Shown: piece by piece, positions 37,619 to 46,797 of the stretch
How the letters are laid out: each line of letters starts with the position of its first letter
How positions within the stretch are numbered: position 1 is the first letter of the stretch
IMG/VR virus record: IMGVR_UViG_3300025909_000005
Length of the DNA stretch: 64,000 nucleotides
Reading direction: 5' to 3' (one strand)
From: a virus
Taxonomy: Duplodnaviria; Caudoviricetes
The notes under the pieces: model-generated
Seen by the model: the letters and a program-made list of their open reading frames with translations, nothing else
What the model was told of the DNA's origin: nothing
Database searches by the model: none
Made by a program: the position numbers and the translations under genes

Positions 37619-38805
37619 ACTTCCCGAACATCAGCACCCTGAACGACCTCGTGCCGTTCATCGAATCGAACCCGCAGTTCCGCATCCAGAAGCAGCCGAA
37701 CGGCTTCACGGTCGTTTGCTACATGCTGCAGGACGAGGACACGTTCATCGGCGAGAACGAGGCCTACGCGAAGGAGTGCCGTGGCATCACCTTCGATCGT
37801 GAAGGCAACATCGCGTCGCGCACGCTCCACAAGTTCCAAAACGTCGGCGAGAACGAGCAGACGCAGGAGCACCTGATTCCGTGGCATGACATCGTGCGTG
37901 TCATGGACAAGCGCGACGGCTCGATGATCACCTTCGTGGAGATCGACGGCAAGATCGTCGGCAAGACGAAGAAGACGTTCACATCGGCCGAGGCCATCGC
38001 CGCCACCGAGTTCCTGTACAAGGACCCGGAACGCGTGGAGTGGGTGCGACGCAGCCTGCAGTCGGGCATGACGCCGACCTTCGAGTGGACATCGCCGCGC
38101 TTCCCGATCGTGCTGACGTACGACAAGGACGAGCTGACGCTCCTGCAGGTTCGCGACAACGTGACCGGTGAATACGACATGGACCTCATCTGGTGGGGCG
38201 TTCGAGAGGACTGCAAGAGCATGTGCCCGTTCCCGGTCATCGAGAACATCATCGACCAGTTCACGTGGAAGATGGGCGGCAACGGCGAGGGTCCGTACAC
38301 GGAGGAGTTCGACTTCCCGCGAATGAAGGCGCTGCAGCTCACGAAGACCGGCGTCGAAGGCTGGATCGTGCAGGCGAAGAACGGTGAGATGTGGAAGGTG
38401 AAGACCAAGTGGTACTGCGACCTCCACCACTCGGTGACGTTCACGCGCTGGCGTGACGTGGCCCGCACGGTGCTCGAGGACAAGTCGGACGACCTGAAGG
38501 GCGCCTTCGCCATGACGGGTCGCTCGATCGAGCCGATCCTTGAGGTCGAGCGTCAGATCAAGGAGAAGATCGCCAAGGTGCGTACACGCGTCGAGGAGTT
38601 CGTCGAGATGGGTCGCGTGGCGAACCGTACGCCGAAGGACATGGCACTGGCGCTGAAGGGCGACGCCCACTTCGGTCTGATCATGCGGCTCTTCCGTGGT
38701 CAGGAGATCAACTGGATGGACTGGTTCCTGAAGGAGCACATCAATGACTTCGGTCTTGAGGTGATCCCGACGTCGGTCCAGAACGAGGACACGGAGGCCA
38801 TGTGA
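37615..38805 (+). CDS. RNA ligase, T4 Rnl1-like
   Basis: ECRGITF, RTLHKFQNVGE, motif I KRDGS, TFEW, EGWIV, KVKTKWY. Confidence 0.9.
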   Translation: MNFPNISTLNDLVPFIESNPQFRIQKQPNGFTVVCYMLQDEDTFIGENEAYAKECRGITFDREGNIASRTLHKFQNVGENEQTQEHLIPWHDIVRVMDKRDGSMITFVEIDGKIVGKTKKTFTSAEAIAATEFLYKDPERVEWVRRSLQSGMTPTFEWTSPRFPIVLTYDKDELTLLQVRDNVTGEYDMDLIWWGVREDCKSMCPFPVIENIIDQFTWKMGGNGEGPYTEEFDFPRMKALQLTKTGVEGWIVQAKNGEMWKVKTKWYCDLHHSVTFTRWRDVARTVLEDKSDDLKGAFAMTGRSIEPILEVERQIKEKIAKVRTRVEEFVEMGRVANRTPKDMALALKGDAHFGLIMRLFRGQEINWMDWFLKEHINDFGLEVIPTSVQNEDTEAM

Positions 38806-39440
38806 CCGAAGAACGCCATGGTGGAGGTGCTGACGACCAGATGGGTCGCGGCATCTTCATGGTCGTCATCCTGCCCATGCTTCTTATGGGCGCCTTGTCC
38901 TTCTGGCTGGCGATGCGAGCAACCATGGCAGGCGGTAAGTGGTGGCTCGTTCGGCTTCTGGCCTGGCCAGGTGCCTTCCTCGCCACCCAGTTCCTAGGAG
39001 CGTGGATATTGGCGATCAGTGGCTTCATCATTGTCTTCTTCAACCACGACCTAGGGAACTTCCTCTTCGCTAACTCCCTACAGCTCTCAATGTACCCGCT
39101 CATGGTACACGTTCTAGGCTGGCACGATGTCTGGTTCAGTGCAGGTCTAGACCCGATCTGGATCGTCGTCTGGCAGTTCTCGCTCTGGTACATCATGGGC
39201 CGGCACATGCTGAGGGCCTGGACCATTGGAATCTACGACCTGGGTTTCGTCAGGCGGTGCCAAGCTAAGGATGCATCTCCGGGACTTGCGCGCGGAATGC
39301 GCTTAAAACTTGATCGCGGGTATGCAAAAGCGAACGCTTTCTACGCCAAACGTGAGTCAATTCCACTGTTTTCCGCGCTGTTCGTGGCAGCCTGTGGGGA
39401 GAACCCGGTCGATTACTACGAATGCCGCATGAGCCTCTAA
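38802..39440 (+). CDS. multi-pass membrane protein
   Basis: Four to five TM-like segments. Confidence 0.65.
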   Translation: MTEERHGGGADDQMGRGIFMVVILPMLLMGALSFWLAMRATMAGGKWWLVRLLAWPGAFLATQFLGAWILAISGFIIVFFNHDLGNFLFANSLQLSMYPLMVHVLGWHDVWFSAGLDPIWIVVWQFSLWYIMGRHMLRAWTIGIYDLGFVRRCQAKDASPGLARGMRLKLDRGYAKANAFYAKRESIPLFSALFVAACGENPVDYYECRMSL

Positions 39441-39443
39441 ATA
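39438..39443 (+). promoter_or_regulatory. late promoter TAAATA
   Basis: 31 nt before clpP start. Confidence 0.55.
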
Positions 39444-39474
39444 GGACCATACGATCCTATAGGAGAGCTCGAGA

Positions 39475-40122
39475 ATGCGCAAACGTGAACTGATGGGTGA
39501 GAGCGAAGACCTCGCAATCCCCTACGAGATGATCACCCTTCAGTCCCTCGGAGCCTACATGCTCTTCGGCGGGATTGACCAGCAGACGTCCTATGAGACC
39601 TGCGAGTTCATCATCAAGGCGAACCTGATTCAGCAGTCGCGCAACCCACTCAACCTGATCATCAACTCAGAGGGTGGGCACGTCACAGATGGCTTCGCCA
39701 TCATCGACGTCATGGAAACCTCCCGGCTTCCAGTTCAGACCATCGGTACTGGCATGATCGCCTCGATGGCCCTTCTCATTCTCTCAGCTGGCTCCAAGGG
39801 GAACCGCGTGATCACGAAGAACACCGAGATCATGGCCCACCAGTGGTACGGCGGCATGGAAGGAAAGTTCCATGAACTCATGGCCGTAACGAACGAGCAC
39901 CTTCGACTGAAGGAAACGTTCATCACTCACTTCAAGCGCCACTCGAAGATGAACGAGAAGCAGATCGTTGACATCCTCTTCTCGCCATCGGATCGCTGGC
40001 TCACTCCTCAGGAGTGCAAGAAGTACGGCCTCTGCGACAAGGTGACTGAGTTCATTGAGATTCAAGACCCAGTCAAGCCAAAGCGCGTCAGGACTTCCCG
40101 GCGTAGCGCGCCTGGAGCATGA
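39475..40122 (+). CDS. clpP: ClpP-family serine protease subunit
   Basis: INSEGG, GMIASMA (Ser), IMAHQ (His), DRWLTPQE (Asp), YGLCD. Confidence 0.88.
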   Translation: MRKRELMGESEDLAIPYEMITLQSLGAYMLFGGIDQQTSYETCEFIIKANLIQQSRNPLNLIINSEGGHVTDGFAIIDVMETSRLPVQTIGTGMIASMALLILSAGSKGNRVITKNTEIMAHQWYGGMEGKFHELMAVTNEHLRLKETFITHFKRHSKMNEKQIVDILFSPSDRWLTPQECKKYGLCDKVTEFIEIQDPVKPKRVRTSRRSAPGA

Positions 40123-40324
40123 GCTCCAGTTTCTGAAGACCTTCGTTGAGGGCCTTCGAGATTGCAGGGTTCTTTGCGAAGGCCCAAGCCTTCTCTTGCA
40201 GCTGTGACTTCACGTCGATGAGCTCGTTAGTGGTGAGCTGGTGCCATGTATCACGTGGTGGAATTGGCTTCTGCGCCTGATCGAGGAAGAACTCACCTTC
40301 ACCTGGCTGTAGACCTGTATCCAT
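40088..40324 (-). CDS. hypothetical late protein
   Basis: AAGGAG SD and TAAATA (40351-56) on minus strand. Confidence 0.7.
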   Translation of the reverse strand: MDTGLQPGEGEFFLDQAQKPIPPRDTWHQLTTNELIDVKSQLQEKAWAFAKNPAISKALNEGLQKLELMLQARYAGKS

Positions 40325-40424
40325 TTACATCTCCTTGTTGACGATGTTACTATTTACTAAGCGCAGAACACAAGCAGAACGTGGACCACAGATAAATAGG
40401 ACATGATCACCAGCTGAGACTAGA

Positions 40425-40793
40425 ATGAAGCTACACCGCGCAATCATCTCCGAAATGACGGGCCCAATCCCTTACGAGCTCACGCTCGGAGAGATCATCT
40501 CTGCTGGCGACACAACAGACAATTACCAGGTTTACGTACTTTCACTCCTATCCGGCTTCTTCGCGTCTGGCCAAAACTTCGCCACGCTGACAGCAGACGG
40601 ACTAGCACCCCTCTCTTCTGACGCGACCTCGACCCGCGCCATAGAGTCCATCAAGAGCCTATCCCCCTCCGACAAGGTGAAGTTGGCAACGTACCTCCTC
40701 GATTGCATCGCGGCAGGCTACTCAGCCCTCCACAACACGTACATGAGCTCCTCTGATTGGATCACTCTCATCCTTCGTGGCAACAACGTATGA
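40425..40793 (+). CDS. hypothetical late protein
   Basis: TAAATA at 40393-98. Confidence 0.65.
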   Translation: MKLHRAIISEMTGPIPYELTLGEIISAGDTTDNYQVYVLSLLSGFFASGQNFATLTADGLAPLSSDATSTRAIESIKSLSPSDKVKLATYLLDCIAAGYSALHNTYMSSSDWITLILRGNNV

Positions 40794-40836
40794 CACGATG
40801 AGGTGAGCTCTGTCATCCCATTTCCAGGAGGATCTA

Positions 40837-41622
40837 ATGGGAAGAAAACTCGCTTTGGCAAAACAGAAGTACCCGCAACCCGTCAACCCTGAAGGAACCC
40901 ACGCCATTCACCTCAAGTTCCGCCCAACTCCAAAGAGCGAATCCCAACGCTTCTACATGGAGTCTCTGCAAAACGCAAAGTTGACGATCGGTACTGGCCC
41001 AGCCGGTTCAGGCAAATCGTTCCTCTCGATGGCAGTCGCCGTCGAAAAGCTTCTCAACGGTGAAGTATCGAAGGTCGTGATCACGCGCCCTATCGTAGAA
41101 GCCGGCGAATCCCTTGGCTTCCTGCCAGGCACCTTCGAAGAGAAGATCTCACCCTACCTCCTCCCTCTCCTTGATGCACTGAATGATCTCGTTGGTCCGA
41201 CGATGGCGAAGAAGCTCCTCGACGGTGGCAAGATTGAATTTGCGCCTCTCGCGTACATGCGCGGTCGCACGTTCAACAACAGCTACTGCATCTTGGACGA
41301 AGCGCAGAACACGACCGTCGAGCAGATGAAGCTGTTCGTCACGCGTATCGGCGAGTACTCGCAGTTCGCTGTCAACGGTGACGCATCACAGACCGACCTC
41401 CGTGGAGTGCCTGAGAATGGCCTCGACTGGGTGGCTCGCAAACTGCGTGGCTGCTCCTCTGAGATCAACGTGATTGAGTTCACGAACTCGGACGTCGTTC
41501 GTTCGGCAATCGTGAAGACCATTCTGCATCACCTCGAATCTCCTGAGCCGCGTGCCCAAGAGAAACGCCGTGGTGGCACTCGTCATGAGTTCACCGCTCC
41601 CGCAGTTCTGCAATCAGCCTAA
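40837..41622 (+). CDS. phoH: PhoH-family ATPase
   Basis: GPAGSGKS, ITRP.VE, LGFLPG, PLAYMRGRTF, DEAQN, GDASQTD. Confidence 0.95.
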   Translation: MGRKLALAKQKYPQPVNPEGTHAIHLKFRPTPKSESQRFYMESLQNAKLTIGTGPAGSGKSFLSMAVAVEKLLNGEVSKVVITRPIVEAGESLGFLPGTFEEKISPYLLPLLDALNDLVGPTMAKKLLDGGKIEFAPLAYMRGRTFNNSYCILDEAQNTTVEQMKLFVTRIGEYSQFAVNGDASQTDLRGVPENGLDWVARKLRGCSSEINVIEFTNSDVVRSAIVKTILHHLESPEPRAQEKRRGGTRHEFTAPAVLQSA

Positions 41623-41637
41623 CTTCCACAGCATAAT

Positions 41638-41659
41638 CAACGGGCCTTCGGGCCCGTTG
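41638..41659 (+). terminator. 9-bp hairpin with cUUCGg loop (terminator or stabiliser)
   Basis: CAACGGGCC-TTCG-GGCCCGTTG; weak U-tract. Confidence 0.65.
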
Positions 41660-41748
41660 TGGGGTCCAGCACTAAATAGAAGCAAGCAAGGAACACCCAT
41701 ACAGACAGCCGGGCGGGTGCTCCTCAACTTACCCGGCAGGAGATCCTC

Positions 41749-43314
41749 ATGTACTTGCTCTACTGGACCAGCCCTTCCATTCCTTCGAAGGCTGCGCCCC
41801 TCACGGTGCCCGTCGGTACCGTCGTTTCGAACCTCGCACCGATCAGCCTGACCGGTAAGGGTGCTGCCAGCTACGGTATCATCCAGCAGCAGAACCTGCT
41901 GCACATGCTCGAGAACTTCGCGAGCCCAACTGCACCAGATAACCCAACAATCGGCCTTGAGTGGTACGACAGCGTCAACAACATCCTCAAGGTCTGCGTC
42001 GACGTTTCTCCAACTGTCAAGTGGAAGTCCCTTGGCGGCGTTCAAGTTACGAATCCTGGTGATCCATCTCCAACGCCTGCTGCCCTTGGTGACCTCTGGT
42101 TCTCCCGCACTGGCACCGCCTCGGGCGTGCTCTACCTCTACACTGGCCTTGGTCGCTACCCAGAAAACGCTGGCGCGATCGGTGGCTGGGAACAGATTTG
42201 GCCACAAGTTGAAACAGTTGCAGGTCGTGAAGAGTACAACACCCTCTACGGCATGCTCAACTCGATCATCGGGGATCCAGCAACTGCTGGCGGCTCAGGT
42301 GCTCTCGGCAAGATCGTGGGTGTCAATAACCTCCTGTCGCTTGATGCATCGAAGCAGGCCGCCTTCAATGCTTTGTCGCCGAAGGATCCAAGCGTCCTCG
42401 TTCCGACAACTGACTCAACAAGCGAGCTGCTCGTAGACACGAACTCGAACGACTGGGACCTGCTCCTCGCAGCAGCGAAGTATGCCGTCAGCCGCCTCGA
42501 GCTGCCCGTCGGCTACGCAAGCGACATCTCACCGGTTCCTTTCGTCAGCGACGGTCTTCCTCCTCCAACGACCCTCACCGCGCTGTCGACTTCTGACATT
42601 CGCTACCCATCTCTCGAGCGTCGCTCAAACCGTCGCTTTGGCATCGTGACACTGCTCCGTACGTTCCAAGAAACCGCGAACGTGCTGAATACTGCAGTGA
42701 CGAACCGTTTCTCGCTCAAGGGTATCAACGGTGCTGGTGGCACGAACACCGCCTTCGACTCCTCTGTCACCACGACGACGTATGTCACGGTGTCTGGAGC
42801 TGCAGCAAACTCAACCACTGCCAACGTCACGCTGAAGTTCTCGTTTGCGTCCAACAGCGATCTCGTTGCTTTCTTGGCTGCAGGCTCGGCAATCCAGGTG
42901 GAGATGACTGACACTGGTGGCTCCCTGACGGGTGACACGAACATGAAGGCGCTCTACGACCAGCGTGGCGTACTGCGCCTGACTGGTGACAAGATTCGCA
43001 CCTTCTCCTCCACTCTGCCAACGTCTCAGTCCGCTGCGATCGTTCAGAGCGGCATCCTGAACTCTGGCACGGTCTCGTACACGATCAATGGCGCGACCTA
43101 CACGTTGACGACTTCGTACACCGCGGGCGCCTCCTTCTTCACCGTCGCCATCACAAGCACGTCGACTGGCGCAATGAACGGCACGATCGCCTTCACCTTC
43201 AAGGTCATCCGCGACACTTCGACGTACGGCTCCAGCCAGGCGATCTACCCGAATGTTTCAACCTACACGACAGCAGCTGTGACCTCCAAGTCAGCTTTCC
43301 TCGTCGCACCGTAA
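41749..43314 (+). CDS. virion structural protein (tail/baseplate-associated)
   Basis: TAAATA at 41673-78; GKGAASYG...NLLHMLENFA..P.NPTIGLEWYD motif of large-phage tail proteins. Confidence 0.7.
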   Translation: MYLLYWTSPSIPSKAAPLTVPVGTVVSNLAPISLTGKGAASYGIIQQQNLLHMLENFASPTAPDNPTIGLEWYDSVNNILKVCVDVSPTVKWKSLGGVQVTNPGDPSPTPAALGDLWFSRTGTASGVLYLYTGLGRYPENAGAIGGWEQIWPQVETVAGREEYNTLYGMLNSIIGDPATAGGSGALGKIVGVNNLLSLDASKQAAFNALSPKDPSVLVPTTDSTSELLVDTNSNDWDLLLAAAKYAVSRLELPVGYASDISPVPFVSDGLPPPTTLTALSTSDIRYPSLERRSNRRFGIVTLLRTFQETANVLNTAVTNRFSLKGINGAGGTNTAFDSSVTTTTYVTVSGAAANSTTANVTLKFSFASNSDLVAFLAAGSAIQVEMTDTGGSLTGDTNMKALYDQRGVLRLTGDKIRTFSSTLPTSQSAAIVQSGILNSGTVSYTINGATYTLTTSYTAGASFFTVAITSTSTGAMNGTIAFTFKVIRDTSTYGSSQAIYPNVSTYTTAAVTSKSAFLVAP

Positions 43315-43337
43315 AAGGTTCAATCAGCTTTTCAAAT

Positions 43338-43366
43338 TGTACATTTTCACCACGTGGAACTATAAT
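43338..43366 (+). promoter_or_regulatory. early promoter
   Basis: TGTACA-N17-TATAAT. Confidence 0.75.
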
Positions 43367-43417
43367 TGTTACATGTCAGCCGCCTGGTAGCTGACTTGTT
43401 AACGGAGATCCACACAC

Positions 43418-43681
43418 ATGAACCCCACCAGGTCACCCCTCATTCTCGCTGGCCAACTCTACTACAATGGCCAGGTGAATGAATACCTGATCGTCACAAG
43501 CAACAATCGAGGCCAAGTTTCCTACGAAGGCGTAGGTTTCAAAGGACAGGCAGAGGACATCACCTTCATCGAACGGTTTCAACCAGTGAACCCGAACGAT
43601 GTCGATGAACAAGAGCTCTCAGGGCTCCTCGCCTTCTGCCCACCAGGAACGACACCGCAGGTAGGATACATCCTCGACTAA
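43418..43681 (+). CDS. hypothetical protein
   Basis: GGAG SD. Confidence 0.7.
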   Translation: MNPTRSPLILAGQLYYNGQVNEYLIVTSNNRGQVSYEGVGFKGQAEDITFIERFQPVNPNDVDEQELSGLLAFCPPGTTPQVGYILD

Positions 43682-43693
43682 GGAGAGTGTGTC

Positions 43694-44161
43694 ATGAAGA
43701 TCGTTAGCCGCATGAATCCCGAAGAACGCCAAATCGAGCGCCTTCAAGAAATCATTGAGGCCGCCACTGGCGGTGCAATTGGACCAGACGGTGAGTACGA
43801 ACTCGCCGACGATCTTCATGGACTTGTCACACAAGTTGACACGGCCTGTGCTTCCTTGATGGAGGCGAACGCCAAGCTTGAGCGCAGGATCAATCGGCTG
43901 CTCAACGAGAAGCACCACCTGAACCTCAAGCTTGCTGAGGCCAATGACTTCCTTCAGCCAATCCGCAACGGCGTGTCCTACGACGAACACCTCGACGAGG
44001 CCACTGCCGAGCTGATGCAGGCGTTTCTCGCTTCAGGCGCCGCGTCTGATACCTTCGATGGAGAGATCACCTTCGACTCGGAGGTGGTCTTCAGTCGCGC
44101 GGACCTGAAACCCATTCTCAAGCACGCCATCGAGGCGTGGCTGAACTCAAAGACTCTCTAA
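43694..44161 (+). CDS. hypothetical coiled-coil protein
   Basis: AGGAG SD. Confidence 0.75.
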   Translation: MKIVSRMNPEERQIERLQEIIEAATGGAIGPDGEYELADDLHGLVTQVDTACASLMEANAKLERRINRLLNEKHHLNLKLAEANDFLQPIRNGVSYDEHLDEATAELMQAFLASGAASDTFDGEITFDSEVVFSRADLKPILKHAIEAWLNSKTL

Positions 44162-44553
44162 TGCATTGGGTTGTTCTAGAACAGATCATCACCTCGAACT
44201 ACCCGCCGGTGGTGCGTGACGCAGCCATCAAGCTGGCTGATGCGACCTACACGGACGTGGGAACGTTCCTGAGCGAGCTCAGCACACAGGACCTGCATGA
44301 GCTCATGGGCTACTGCAACCGCATTGCAGTGAAGACCGACATGGACTTTGAGTACGACTCAATCGTCATTCTTGGCGAGATGCTGGCTCAGGCTGAAGGC
44401 GTCGTCCTCGAGGACATGTCTGTCGAACGGTCTGCCAACCTCATCATCCTCCTCAACTTCGAGGACATGGCGCGTCGAGGCATCATCGACTTCAACCGAG
44501 AGAAGGCCACCCTTGCAGGTGAACTTCCTCCTGACATTGCGAAAATAAAGTGA
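44161..44553 (+). CDS. hypothetical protein
   Basis: TAATG coupling at 44161. Confidence 0.7.
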   Translation: MHWVVLEQIITSNYPPVVRDAAIKLADATYTDVGTFLSELSTQDLHELMGYCNRIAVKTDMDFEYDSIVILGEMLAQAEGVVLEDMSVERSANLIILLNFEDMARRGIIDFNREKATLAGELPPDIAKIK

Positions 44554-44571
44554 GAAAATGAGGTTGGGGAG

Positions 44572-44599
44572 TGTACACCAACCGCCAAAGCGTTATAAT
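44572..44599 (+). promoter_or_regulatory. early promoter
   Basis: TGTACA-N16-TATAAT-GATTCATC. Confidence 0.75.
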
Positions 44600-44671
44600 G
44601 ATTCATCATCAACAAACAGCCGTTAGTTGGTGAAACAACCGCAAATCATCAACTCTTTGGAGAATTTTCCC

Positions 44672-45019
44672 ATGGCAAAGACCAGCAAGAAGGCCGACGT
44701 GTCGGCAACCGAATCCGCCGTCGCGACCGTCAAGGCTGCGAAGACCGCCGTCGAGAAGGCCGCCCGCAAGCGCTTCAGCTTCGGCCCGGTGTGGAACCAG
44801 GCCGTGATCGCCGGCACCGTCAAGGACACCGAGAAGCTCGTCGCGCAAGGCGTCAAGCTGAAGCTCGGCACCAAGGACGAGCTCGCCGCTCTGTCGCACG
44901 ACTCCATCATGGCCAAGGTCGCCGCCGCCCTCGAAGCTGGCATCACCGGCGACGAGAAGACGGAAGACACGACCGCTGCTTCCACCGAGACGGCCGGCGC
45001 CGAAACCGCCGAGGCCTGA
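44672..45019 (+). CDS. Ala/Lys/Thr-rich small protein
   Basis: GGAG SD; strongly biased codons. Confidence 0.8.
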   Translation: MAKTSKKADVSATESAVATVKAAKTAVEKAARKRFSFGPVWNQAVIAGTVKDTEKLVAQGVKLKLGTKDELAALSHDSIMAKVAAALEAGITGDEKTEDTTAASTETAGAETAEA

Positions 45020-45031
45020 TCCCCGCTGACC

Positions 45032-45085
45032 GCACCACCCGGGCCTACTTGATTCGTCAAGCCCATCTACCCGACCGGGTGGTGC
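45032..45085 (+). other. intergenic structured RNA element
   Basis: GCACCACCCGG(45032-42)/CCGGGTGGTGC(45075-85) enclosing CTTGA-TTCG-TCAAG. Confidence 0.6.
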
Positions 45086-45098
45086 CTCAAGGATTCCC

Positions 45099-45356
45099 AT
45101 GCGCACGATCACCGTGTTCATCCGAGCGCGAGACATCCCGCTCGGAAAGTTCGTTCAGCGCTCCATGGGCGGTGAAGAATTCCGCCTGACAGACGCCATC
45201 CGCATCGGTGACGTAGAAGTCCCAGCGCCCGCTGGTTCTGTCTTCCTCGTGCCGAAGAACGCTGGCAACATCCTCACCGCCAGCGAACAAGACGGCTTCA
45301 TCGTCGAGCTGACGGAGCTGGAAGTTTCCAACTACTTCGAGAGCTTCGAAGCATGA
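45099..45356 (+). CDS. hypothetical protein
   Basis: AAGGA SD. Confidence 0.7.
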   Translation: MRTITVFIRARDIPLGKFVQRSMGGEEFRLTDAIRIGDVEVPAPAGSVFLVPKNAGNILTASEQDGFIVELTELEVSNYFESFEA

Positions 45357-45703
45357 GCGTCAGGCCCCTCCTCGCTGACAAGGATCGATCACCCGACGGC
45401 TGCTACGTCGTCTACTGGGTGTCGTCCAGCAACCGCCTGATTCAAGAGCATCAGTGGTGGCGTCGCACGAAGTTGGGGCAGAATGACGCACGCATGCGGC
45501 AGTTCGACAGCTACGGCGCAGCCGTCAAGTTCCATTCGAAGCTCGTGAAGCTTCGTGACGAAGGTGGCGCCTACCTCGCCCGCACCGTCCTCCACGTTTC
45601 CCCACCCGTTCCGGCCACACCAATGCCGAAACCTGAACCCGTTCCTGATGGCATGATTCGCTGGCCTGATGGCTCAGTGACATGGGATCCGGAACTCGAA
45701 TGA
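45353..45703 (+). CDS. hypothetical protein
   Basis: ATGA overlap. Confidence 0.65.
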   Translation: MSVRPLLADKDRSPDGCYVVYWVSSSNRLIQEHQWWRRTKLGQNDARMRQFDSYGAAVKFHSKLVKLRDEGGAYLARTVLHVSPPVPATPMPKPEPVPDGMIRWPDGSVTWDPELE

Positions 45704-45710
45704 AAGAAAA

Positions 45711-46202
45711 ATGAAGCACCTCATCGCCCTCGCCCTCGTGGCCACCTCTGGCCTCGCCGCTGCGTCGACGCAAGACCCGACTGTTTCTCTCTCCACCGGC
45801 TACATCGCCGGCGTGACGAGGGGCGCGGTCTCGTACGACTTCAACGAACACCACTTCAACCGCTACTTCTCGGTCGTCCCGGAAGCAACGCTCGGCTACA
45901 TGCGCGACAACGCCACCGACAACCACAGCTGGGAAGTCAACATCAATCCCCAGTTCCGCGGCTACGTGACACCGAACCTGTACGCTGAACTCGGCGTCGG
46001 CATCGCCTACTTCAACAACCCGGCCTTCGCCTCGCCGTCGATCAACACGCGGTTCCAGTTCTCGGACATCGCAGGCGTCGGCTACAAGCTCTCGTCCAAG
46101 ACGGCCGTCGGTGTGCGCTACGAGCACTTCAGCAACGCTGACATCCGCAAGCCGAACCCTGGCGTGCAGGCACTCGAGCTGATCGTCACGAAGAAGTTCT
46201 GA
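45711..46202 (+). CDS. pagL: PagL-family lipid A 3-O-deacylase (outer-membrane beta-barrel)
   Basis: Signal peptide MKHLIALALVATSGLAAA; YAELGVGIAY, RFQFSDIAGVGY, RYEHFSNA.IRKPNPG with catalytic H-x-S; terminal Phe. Confidence 0.82.
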   Translation: MKHLIALALVATSGLAAASTQDPTVSLSTGYIAGVTRGAVSYDFNEHHFNRYFSVVPEATLGYMRDNATDNHSWEVNINPQFRGYVTPNLYAELGVGIAYFNNPAFASPSINTRFQFSDIAGVGYKLSSKTAVGVRYEHFSNADIRKPNPGVQALELIVTKKF

Positions 46203-46396
46203 TGGACATTGCCTTCCATCTCTACTGGTGGATCATCCCTGCAGTCCTTGCAGGGATCGGTGCCATCGTGTTCGCGGCCATTGGAGGGGAGCCGTTTGGC
46301 AGCCCCGGGCCCGACGTAGAGTGGCAGGCCATTCGCGCAGGTCTCTTTTGGTGGGTGCCTGCTCTCTGCATCTGCCTAGGACACTGGCTGCAATGA
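46202..46396 (+). CDS. small membrane protein
   Basis: TGATG coupling; two TMs. Confidence 0.65.
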   Translation: MDIAFHLYWWIIPAVLAGIGAIVFAAIGGEPFGSPGPDVEWQAIRAGLFWWVPALCICLGHWLQ

Positions 46397-46557
46397 CGTT
46401 CACAATCCACATTCTCTGGTGGTACATCCCAGCCGCCATCGCTGCGATCGGTTTGTTGTTCGTACCGTTCGCCCCTGGTGGCATTCTCGTCTCCATCGTC
46501 CTCTGGATCGTCGCCGTTGCGATGGTCATTGGGCACTACACGGCGTTCATGTCATGA
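46393..46557 (+). CDS. small membrane protein, N-terminus similar to the preceding gene
   Basis: FTIHILWWYIPAAIAAIG versus IAFHLYWWIIPAVLAGIG. Confidence 0.65.
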   Translation: MTFTIHILWWYIPAAIAAIGLLFVPFAPGGILVSIVLWIVAVAMVIGHYTAFMS

Positions 46558-46742
46558 TCATCCTGCTCATCCAAACTGTCGCGTACGACGAAGTTGGTCG
46601 CGTCATCACGTCGAACGCAATCGTGCACCAGACTGACCCACGAACTGCAACGCTGATGCAGCGCAATGCTGCCGAGCTCGACCGCACCCGATTTCCTCGC
46701 GTCGATGTCACCATCATGGAACTTGCAGACACGAATCGCTAG
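46554..46742 (+). CDS. hypothetical protein
   Basis: ATGA overlap. Confidence 0.55.
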   Translation: MIILLIQTVAYDEVGRVITSNAIVHQTDPRTATLMQRNAAELDRTRFPRVDVTIMELADTNR

Positions 46743-46770
46743 TGTACTTTCGGATTGAGCGTGGTATAAT
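46743..46770 (+). promoter_or_regulatory. early promoter
   Basis: TGTACT-N16-TATAAT with TG extension. Confidence 0.75.
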
Positions 46771-46797
46771 CGACTCCTCACCTAAGGAAAAGTACGA

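Noticed and set aside
41708-41742. Alternative pairings in a late leader (GCCGGG/CCCGGC and CTCCT with the AGGAG SD), riboswitch- or pseudoknot-like
   Set aside because: Stems are only 5-6 bp and a pseudoknot would need a zero-length loop 3; not distinguishable from chance
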